Assembly: GCA_003345555.1 (NCBI GenBank)
Contig: PRDJ01000045.1
Span: forward strand, 1 to 6,370
Source: Candidatus Thorarchaeota archaeon
GTDB taxonomy: Archaea > Asgardarchaeota > Thorarchaeia > Thorarchaeales > Thorarchaeaceae
Reading direction: 5' to 3'
Length of the DNA: 6,370 bases
The first letter of the stretch is position 1, and each line of letters opens with the position of its first letter. The notes beneath the pieces are model-generated. The model was given only the letters and a program-made list of their open reading frames with translations, did not search any database and had not been told where the DNA came from. This document shows positions 1 through 5,435 of the stretch, in pieces. Both the position numbers and the translations under genes were made by a program.

Positions 1-732
1 TCTGTATTCGCGATACCTTTCGTCGTCAGGATGAACGAAGATTGCATCGCATGCGCAAAGCAACTCTGGCCGCGTCGTTGCTATCTTAATGGGCTCCATT
101 CTTTCCACTTGGAAGTAGAGGTAGTATAGAGTCGTCTGGCGCTCCTCATACTCTACCTCTGCGTCAGCAATGGTCGTGCCGCAATCCAGACACCAGTTGT
201 TTGGTCTGTAGTCACTGTAGACTAGCCCTTGTTTCCAAAGACTGATGAAAGTCGCCTGTGTTACGGCCCTATATTTCGGGCTATCGGTTCTATAGACTCC
301 GTCGCCGCTATAGGCATTGAAACTGATGCCCAGTCTCCTGAAGCTCTCGACAACCTCTTCTTCGTACATGTCGAGCTGCTCTTTGCATTTACGAACAAAC
401 TCCTCCCGTGGAGTATTATGCATATTCATCCCGAATTCTTTCTCCACGCGGAGCTCAACCGGAAGGCCATTGCGGTCAATGCCTAATGGAAAATTCACCT
501 GAAGACCTTGCATGCGCCGATATCTTGCGATAATGTCGATCTGTGTGTAGTGTACTAGCTGACCTATGTGAACGTGTCCTGACAGATATGGAGGCGGCGT
601 GTCAACCGAGTACAGATTCTTTGCGCGGGGATCGAAAGCATAGATTTCCTCCTGGCCCCAAGTCTCCAAGAGCGCCTCCTCATCTGCTGGAGTCCATCGG
701 TTGGATTCGATTCTCGCTGTGAACTTTGACAT
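1..732 (-). CDS. valS: Valyl-tRNA synthetase, N-terminal 244 codons (continues beyond the left edge)
   Basis: Hand translation from ATG at 732 is open to base 1: MSKFTARIESNRWTPADEEALLETWGQEEIY...DTPPPYLSGHVHIGQ (class I HIGH signature)...GIDRNGLPVE...NWCLDCGTTIADAEVEY...KIATTRPELL. These are ValRS/IleRS-family motifs, best matching archaeal ValRS. GAGAGG SD-like site upstream. Absent from the ORF track because there is no stop codon in the window. Confidence 0.93.
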   Translation of the reverse strand, partial: MSKFTARIESNRWTPADEEALLETWGQEEIYAFDPRAKNLYSVDTPPPYLSGHVHIGQLVHYTQIDIIARYRRMQGLQVNFPLGIDRNGLPVELRVEKEFGMNMHNTPREEFVRKCKEQLDMYEEEVVESFRRLGISFNAYSGDGVYRTDSPKYRAVTQATFISLWKQGLVYSDYRPNNWCLDCGTTIADAEVEYEERQTTLYYLYFQVERMEPIKIATTRPELLCACDAIFVHPDDERYREYR

Positions 733-965
733 TACACTTTAGCCTCTCTGGCTATTGTGGAGACCGGACAGGGGCCGCGTTCAAGTCGCAGATTGCCGTC
801 GTGCTAAAAGGCTTGTGGGCAACTTCGTTTATCCTTCAAGCAACTCGTGCACTACCCCATGAAAATCAGTACACTCTCGGAACAATGTGCCACCTGTAGG
901 GCATTGAAAAGCGTTCAGTCGAAATATCGACCAATCGTTCCATTCAAGAAATCTTCTTTAGGTGA

Positions 966-988
966 GTCCAAGAAGTCAACTCTTGGAC
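966..988. repeat. 8-bp inverted repeat GTCCAAGA-N7-TCTTGGAC upstream of pyrH (candidate operator or 5' hairpin)
   Basis: Perfect arms at 966-973 and 981-988, ending 19 nt before the pyrH ATG and lying just downstream of a weak TATA-like TTTAGG (957-962). The repeat is seen directly; its function is inferred. Confidence 0.5.
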
Positions 989-1007
989 AATCCGGCAGGG
1001 ACAGGCT

Positions 1008-1700
1008 ATGCGCGCAGTTCTCAAGATAGGAGGCTCTCTCCTCTACGATGACGCAGGCAACATACTAACGGAGAGAATCAAGAAATACGCCATGAATGTC
1101 AAGAGCCTAGTAAGAGAAGGCCATCAGCTGATTGTAGTTGTGGGTGGTGGAAAGCCTGCAAGAGCCTTCATCAGTGCTGCTCGGGAACTTGGCGCGAGTG
1201 AAGCCCAGTGTGATTGGTTCGGTATTAAGTTAGCACGACATAATGCAGAGCTGCTCATTACTGCTTTGGGAGATGTGGCCTACCCAAAGGTGGCAGAGAG
1301 CTTGGATGAAGTCGCAACGGCAAACTGCCTTGGCAGAGTTATACTGATGGGAGGGTTGCTTCCAGGTCAGTCTACGAATGCTGCCGCGGCCCTTGCGGCA
1401 GAGTTGGTGCACGCAGACAGACTACTGAATGCCACAAACGTGGATGGCGTCTACGACCGTGACCCGAAACAGCCCGGTGCCAAGAAGCTAGACTCAGTTA
1501 GTGTTGCTCAGCTCAAGTCCATACTTGCAAGAAGTGGAACACGCGCTGGTGAATATGAACTCTTTGACCCCGTGGCAATCGGAGTCGTGGAACGTTCTAG
1601 GATTGAGACAGTGATATTTGACGGCACGGATCCTGACAACCTTCTTCGGTTCTTCAAGGGCAAAAAGGTCGGGAGCACTATAGTGCCTGCTTTGATATAG
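1008..1700 (+). CDS. pyrH: Uridylate (UMP) kinase, archaeal type
   Basis: 230 aa with VLKIGGS, VVVGGG..AR, D.FGI..AR.NA, PGQSTNAAAA, NATNVDGVYDRDPK and LFDPVA motifs of the amino-acid-kinase-fold UMP kinase family. Confidence 0.96.
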   Translation: MRAVLKIGGSLLYDDAGNILTERIKKYAMNVKSLVREGHQLIVVVGGGKPARAFISAARELGASEAQCDWFGIKLARHNAELLITALGDVAYPKVAESLDEVATANCLGRVILMGGLLPGQSTNAAAALAAELVHADRLLNATNVDGVYDRDPKQPGAKKLDSVSVAQLKSILARSGTRAGEYELFDPVAIGVVERSRIETVIFDGTDPDNLLRFFKGKKVGSTIVPALI

Positions 1701-1722
1701 TGATGAGTGGAGGGCATTACAG

Positions 1723-2028
1723 TTGCACAAGCTTCTTGAGAAGATATTCGCCTCACGAGCCCAAACAAGAGTCGTTCAACATTTTCTTGACCGACCGAAG
1801 GAATTCTTCAATCTTAGCAGGATAGCCAAAGACACGGGCTTGGCTCACTCAACAATTCACAGAGTCATGCAGCCTCTCGTTGATATTGGCTTCGTCAAGG
1901 AAATAAGAGTCGGCCAACAGATTCGTTTGTTCATTCTCGAGACTGAAGAGACGAAAAGCAAGATTATCGCTGACTTCTACAAACAGATTAGACCGTTCCT
2001 TGAAGAGAAGTCAAGAGCTACTTCCTAG
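1723..2028 (+). CDS. Winged helix-turn-helix DNA-binding protein (putative transcriptional regulator)
   Basis: 101 aa with a TTG start and GGAGGG SD at 1709-1714. Helix-turn-helix FNLSRIAKDTGLAHSTIHRVMQPLVDIGFV is followed by a beta-wing (KEIRVGQQIRLFIL). Starts 22 nt after pyrH, so probably co-transcribed. Confidence 0.82.
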   Translation: MHKLLEKIFASRAQTRVVQHFLDRPKEFFNLSRIAKDTGLAHSTIHRVMQPLVDIGFVKEIRVGQQIRLFILETEETKSKIIADFYKQIRPFLEEKSRATS

Positions 2029-2060
2029 ACTCTTATGGAATGAATTGCCTGGCGGCACAC

Positions 2061-2852
2061 TCAGTTTCGACTCTTTAGGAACGTAATGAGTAGTTGATTG
2101 AGTTCTTTCGCCCTTTCCACGGTTGGAGAATGACCAGATCCCTTTAGGACCTTCAGTCTTGAGTTCCTTATGCCTCTGTTCATGACCCGCCCCATCTCAA
2201 TGTTGATTATTCTATCGGAGTCTCCATGAACAACAAGCGTTGGCACATTGATCTCGGGAAGTCGATCTGTCACATCGGTTGTTGCTAGACCAAGACCGGC
2301 GACGACGACGCCATCCGCATTCATACCCTGAGCTTTTTGTCTGAGATGTTCGACGATTTCTGGGTTCTTCTTGATCCACTGGGATGAGAACCCGCTTCTT
2401 AACGAGGCCCAGAAGAATGCTTCATTTCCTCCCGCCAGTTGTGCCTCGCGCCAACCGTACACAACGTCAGCTGTCTCTTCGGTCACTTTGGGTGTGGTGC
2501 CTATTAGCACCAGTCTGTCAATGCGCTCAGGGAAATCAAGGACGAATTCAAGAGCTATGATTCCGCCCATCGACTCACCTACAACATGTGCCTTGTCAAC
2601 ATGCAAGTGAGACAGGAGCGTGTCCAAATCCTCTGCGAACCGCCGCGCCGGAACAAAGTCAGTGATGCCGCCCCTCGACTGCCCATGACCACGGAGGTCC
2701 GGGATTACAAGCTGAAAATGACTCTTCAGGTCATTCTCCTGAAACTCCCAGCCACGGTGATCCGACCCTAACCCGTGTATCAGTAGGACGGGCTTACCCT
2801 CGCCGGATACATTGTAGAACATTGAGAAATCTTCTATCGTTAGATACGACAT
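2061..2852 (-). CDS. Alpha/beta-fold hydrolase (PcaD/MhpC-like); substrate unknown
   Basis: 263 aa with LLIHGLG oxyanion motif, PDLRGHGQS, nucleophile elbow GESMGG, acid in HGDSD and catalytic His in GSGH. The triad looks complete. Confidence 0.92.
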   Translation of the reverse strand: MSYLTIEDFSMFYNVSGEGKPVLLIHGLGSDHRGWEFQENDLKSHFQLVIPDLRGHGQSRGGITDFVPARRFAEDLDTLLSHLHVDKAHVVGESMGGIIALEFVLDFPERIDRLVLIGTTPKVTEETADVVYGWREAQLAGGNEAFFWASLRSGFSSQWIKKNPEIVEHLRQKAQGMNADGVVVAGLGLATTDVTDRLPEINVPTLVVHGDSDRIINIEMGRVMNRGIRNSRLKVLKGSGHSPTVERAKELNQLLITFLKSRN

Positions 2853-2964
2853 TCACTTTGGCTCCAAGCACAGTATCTGAGACATGTATAGTTCAGGGCG
2901 GTCCTGATAAGCCTGACTAGGAAAAGCGATTCTCTGGTTTGGATACGTCGAACAGGAAGGACAA

Positions 2965-2983
2965 GGGAAAACGGCTATATACA
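2965..2983 (+). promoter_or_regulatory. Archaeal promoter (BRE + TATA) for tRNA-Leu
   Basis: Purine-rich GGGAAAACGG (2965-2974) followed by TATATA (2976-2981), ending 27 nt before the first tRNA base at 3009. The spacing fits a start site just upstream of the tRNA. Confidence 0.65.
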
Positions 2984-3008
2984 GACTAGAGAGATTGGCA
3001 GCCAGCGT

Positions 3009-3129
3009 GCCGAGGTAGCCAAGCTAGGCCAACGGCGAAGGACTCAAGATGTTTGATGGTTGGTCGGCCTTCCGATGAGAAATCCTTTCTCGTAGGAGTA
3101 CGCGAGTTCGAGTCTCGCCCTCGGCACCA
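3009..3129 (+). tRNA. tRNA-Leu (anticodon CAA) with a canonical-position intron and encoded CCA
   Basis: Acceptor stem GCCGAGG (3009-3015)/CCTCGGC (3119-3125), discriminator A at 3126, CCA at 3127-3129. D stem GCC/GGC. Anticodon stem AAGGA (3038-3042)/TCCTT (3083-3087) with anticodon CAA at 3045-3047. Long variable arm CTC-GTAG-GAG (class II, Leu type). T arm GCGAG-TTCGAGT-CTCGC. Confidence 0.96.
3049..3081 (+). other. 33-nt tRNA intron at position 37/38 with a bulge-helix-bulge-type splice motif
   Basis: Removing 3049-3081 restores the 7-nt anticodon loop CTCAAGA. The central 4-bp helix CTCA (3043-3046) pairs perfectly with TGAG (3076-3079), with a 3-nt bulge AAA (3080-3082) at the 3' splice site. 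Confidence 0.9.
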
Positions 3130-3205
3130 TTCATTCCTTTGGGGGGCGATGAACATCGCGGGCCTTTGCAGTCATGCCGCTCTGTGAGAATCGAAATTTG
3201 GGTCG

Positions 3206-3218
3206 AAAAGAAGAGAGG
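3206..3218 (-). terminator. Putative archaeal pyrimidine/oligo-T terminator after the small-ORF cluster
   Basis: The minus strand reads CCTCTCTTCTTTT immediately after the sORF-C stop at 3221. Confidence 0.4.
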
Positions 3219-3220
3219 GC

Positions 3221-3343
3221 TCACGTAGCCTCTAGCGCAAGCACCTCTTCAAGTGTGGGCCCACGCTCGGTGGGTGATTCTGGGTCGAGTACATGTGTGC
3301 TCTTGGAAGTGCTCTGGGAGGATTCATTGGGCGAACTACTCAT
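3221..3343 (-). CDS. Small hypothetical protein sORF-C, 40 aa: MSSSPNESSQSTSKSTHVLDPESPTERGPTLEEVLALEAT
   Basis: ATG at 3343 is preceded by SD AGGTGA (3350-3355) with a 6-nt spacer; TGA stop at 3221-3223. Ser/Thr-rich N-terminus and an acidic, helix-like C-terminus. Below the ORF-track length cutoff; no family recognised. Confidence 0.55.
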   Translation of the reverse strand: MSSSPNESSQSTSKSTHVLDPESPTERGPTLEEVLALEAT

Positions 3344-3349
3344 CGATAT

Positions 3350-3448
3350 TCACCTAGAGAAGTACGCGTGGGCGATTGCCTCAGTCGTCATCGGGACCTT
3401 GAGGGATACTGCCCTTCGAGTTCTGTTCGTGATTCTTACCTGAGCCAT
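3350..3448 (-). CDS. Small hypothetical protein sORF-B, 32 aa: MAQVRITNRTRRAVSLKVPMTTEAIAHAYFSR
   Basis: ATG at 3448 is preceded by a strong SD GAGGTGA (3453-3459) with a 4-nt spacer. Ends AGG-TGA at 3350-3355. Shares a C-terminal motif with sORF-A. Confidence 0.6.
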   Translation of the reverse strand: MAQVRITNRTRRAVSLKVPMTTEAIAHAYFSR

Positions 3449-3452
3449 GCTT

Positions 3453-3560
3453 TCACCTCATTACGACGCATGTCATGTACCGGTATGCCACAGCCTTTGT
3501 GGATTGGTACTTGGTGTCCCTCATCACGGAATCATTTCGAGAATTGCTTTCGTGCGCCAT
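3453..3560 (-). CDS. Small hypothetical protein sORF-A, 35 aa: MAHESNSRNDSVMRDTKYQSTKAVAYRYMTCVVMR
   Basis: First substantial ORF after the TATA box at 3592-3599. ATG at 3560; ends AGG-TGA at 3453-3458. Shares a C-terminal motif with sORF-B. Confidence 0.52.
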   Translation of the reverse strand: MAHESNSRNDSVMRDTKYQSTKAVAYRYMTCVVMR

Positions 3561-3591
3561 CGTGATTCACATGATATGCTGCCCAAGTTCA

Positions 3592-3599
3592 GTATATAA
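3592..3599 (-). promoter_or_regulatory. TATA box for the small-ORF cluster
   Basis: The minus strand reads TTATATAC, a close match to the archaeal TTTA(A/T)A(A/T) box. The predicted start site near 3570 is about 10 nt before the sORF-A ATG. The BRE is weak. The element is partly symmetric, so plus-strand use cannot be excluded. Confidence 0.6.
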
Positions 3600-3617
3600 T
3601 GCGGAGCCACATCTTAG

Positions 3618-3647
3618 GGTCACGACACAGAGTCACATATCGTGACC
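3618..3647. repeat. 8-bp inverted repeat GGTCACGA-N14-TCGTGACC (candidate transcription-factor site)
   Basis: Perfect arms at 3618-3625 and 3640-3647, 18 nt upstream of the minus-strand TATA box. The repeat is seen directly; its function is inferred. Confidence 0.55.
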
Positions 3648-3722
3648 GAAATGAGCACTAAGACAGCCCGGAATCAGAAACAGGGCCATTCTATACTGCA
3701 TCCGGCTTAGGAAGCAGACTAT

Positions 3723-5435
3723 CTATTTCCTCAACAGCTTAATCATTTCCTTCAACGGATATGTGTTGATTACGTCCTTGGCCTCAAGCCACCCACGACG
3801 CGCTTGGAACACACCAAACTGCATGTTGTCAAGTTCACCTATGCGATGAGCGTCCGTGTTTATTGCGATTTTCAATCCGTATCGCTTAGCCGCTCTGAGA
3901 TTCCCATCATTGAGGTCTAGCCTCTCAGGATGACTGTTGAGCTCCATGATGACACCTGAAGCGCGGGCGGTCTCGAATACTCTCTCCAAATCGACTTCGT
4001 ACTCCGAGCGCTTGAGCAGAAGCCGGCCTGTGGGGTGGCCCAAGATGTCCACATGTCTATTCTGAATCGCAGCACAGACCCGATCAGTGATTGCCTCCTT
4101 AGTGTCCTTCATCTTTGAATGGACAGATGCCGTCACAACGTCCAGCTGCTGAAGTACTTCGTCGCTGATGTCCAGATTTCCATTTGAGAGTATGTCGACC
4201 TCGGCGCCCTTTAGAACTCTCATCTTCCATCTGCCCGACGAATTAAACTCATCAATCTCACTAATCGATGCAAGTATCTGTTCCTCAGTCATGCCACGGG
4301 CTATGGTCAGGCTCTTTGTGTGGTCTGATATGCAGTAGTATTCGTACGACTTCCTGGCTGCGGCATCGAGCATCTCTTCAATGGAATTGGCACCGTCTGA
4401 TTTGTCAGTGTGAGTGTGGAGATCGCCCCGAATGTGCTTTAGTTCTATCAATTTGGGAAGTTCGTGATGCTGTGCTGCCTCAATCTCGCCCTTATCTTCT
4501 CTGAGTTCCGGTTCGATATAGTCGAGACCTACTGCACTGTAGATAGCATCCTCTTCTCTTCCTGCAACCTGTTCGTCTCCTCTATATAGACCGTACTCGC
4601 TGAGTCTCAGACCTCGCTTCTGAGCGATTGTCCTCACATGCACGTTGTGATCAATGCTGCCCGTGAAGTACTGAAGACCAGCTCCATAACTATCTGCGGG
4701 GAGCACGCGAACGTCAACCTGAATGCCGCTCGCTAGACGCACAGAGGACTTGGTAGGCCCGTGAGCAAGGACATCTGCAACACCCTCAAGGTGAACGAAC
4801 GCGTTCATCAGCTGCTCTGCTTCATCCGTTACGACAAGTACATCGATATCACCAATGGTCTCTTTCCTGCGACGAAACGAACCTGCAATAGTGATCTTTC
4901 GTACGCCCTGAATCTCTCTCAGCGAAGCCTGAATGCCCTCGACAATTGGAAAGGCATTTGCCAGCAACGTTCGGCCGAAACCAGCACGTGCGAGCTGGAT
5001 ACCCTCAGATATCTGGTCCACTGTCTTCTGCCCGATCCCTTTCAAACCCTTAAGCTGCCCCTCTTTGACTGCCTTTTCGAGAGACTCTAGGTCCGTTATG
5101 CCGAGGTTTTCATACAGTAGTTTCATCGTCATCGGACCGACACCGGGGATAGCGTCTAGTTCTCTCACCTTGACCGGGATTTCCTTTCGCAACTGTTCGA
5201 GTTGATTGATTGACCCTGTCTTGAGATAGGCATCGATTTTGTCCGCTAGTGACTTCCCGACGCCCGGAATTCCAGTTAGCTCCCCGCGAGCGGCTATAGC
5301 CTCGATGTCCTCACCGAGAGAGGCAATAGAACGTGCAGCCCTACTGTACGCCTTCGGCTTGAATTTGTCCGTCCCCTGTATTTCCAGAAGAACCGCCATC
5401 TCGTTAAGCAATTGCACGACATCGTTGTTCTTCAT
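3723..5435 (-). CDS. polX: DNA polymerase X fused to a PHP (3'-5' exonuclease/phosphoesterase) domain, 570 aa
   Basis: HhH repeats (GIPGVGKS, AIPGVGPM, GLKGIGQK), GSFRRRKETIGDIDVLV (catalytic DxD), QVDVRV (third Asp) and YFTGS. PHP motifs GDLHTHT, ISDH, GAEVDI, SVHS, ILGHPTGRL, INTDAH. The start is placed at ATG 5435 (MKNNDVV), which has a GGGAG upstream and an ATGA overlap with the previous stop, rather than the track's GTG at 5450. Confidence 0.95.
   Translation of the reverse strand: MKNNDVVQLLNEMAVLLEIQGTDKFKPKAYSRAARSIASLGEDIEAIAARGELTGIPGVGKSLADKIDAYLKTGSINQLEQLRKEIPVKVRELDAIPGVGPMTMKLLYENLGITDLESLEKAVKEGQLKGLKGIGQKTVDQISEGIQLARAGFGRTLLANAFPIVEGIQASLREIQGVRKITIAGSFRRRKETIGDIDVLVVTDEAEQLMNAFVHLEGVADVLAHGPTKSSVRLASGIQVDVRVLPADSYGAGLQYFTGSIDHNVHVRTIAQKRGLRLSEYGLYRGDEQVAGREEDAIYSAVGLDYIEPELREDKGEIEAAQHHELPKLIELKHIRGDLHTHTDKSDGANSIEEMLDAAARKSYEYYCISDHTKSLTIARGMTEEQILASISEIDEFNSSGRWKMRVLKGAEVDILSNGNLDISDEVLQQLDVVTASVHSKMKDTKEAITDRVCAAIQNRHVDILGHPTGRLLLKRSEYEVDLERVFETARASGVIMELNSHPERLDLNDGNLRAAKRYGLKIAINTDAHRIGELDNMQFGVFQARRGWLEAKDVINTYPLKEMIKLLRK

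Noticed and set aside
229-502. Plus-strand ORFs 229-486 and 317-502
   Set aside because: Antisense shadows of valS, which has clear family motifs on the minus strand.
847-1029. 60-aa plus ORF in the valS-pyrH gap, and a 25-aa minus ORF (MERLVDISTERFSMPYRWHIVPRVY) in the same gap
   Set aside because: No SD, no recognisable motif, and they overlap the probable promoter region or the pyrH start.
1698-1706. Triple in-frame stop TAG-TGA-TGA after pyrH as a hint of stop-codon recoding
   Set aside because: A single instance. The other genes end in single TAG or TGA codons without back-up stops.
3007-3127. Leader GT (3007-3008) can extend the acceptor stem by pairing with AC (3126-3127)
   Set aside because: A 2-bp extension is expected by chance about 1 time in 16.
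3024-3224. 66-aa minus ORF whose GTG overlaps the sORF-C stop (GTGA), a possible fourth gene of the cluster
   Set aside because: It begins in the T-rich terminator-like tract and runs antisense through most of the tRNA, so it is much more likely spurious.
3255-3264. Perfect 10-bp palindrome GTGGGCCCAC
   Set aside because: Several such palindromes are expected by chance in 6 kb, and it lies inside sORF-C.
3174-3565. Plus-strand ORFs 3174-3443 and 3293-3565
   Set aside because: No SD or nearby promoter and no motifs. All initiation signals in this stretch point to the minus strand.
3130-3600. Possibility that the gap encodes SRP RNA or RNase P RNA
   Set aside because: I found neither the RNase P conserved-region motifs (GAGGAAAGUCC-like) nor the SRP helix-8 motif, and the repeated SD-ATG pattern favours coding.
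3651-3710. 19-aa plus ORF MSTKTARNQKQGHSILHPA, possibly driven by the symmetric TATA at 3592-3600
   Set aside because: Very short with no SD or other support. It cannot be excluded without transcript data.
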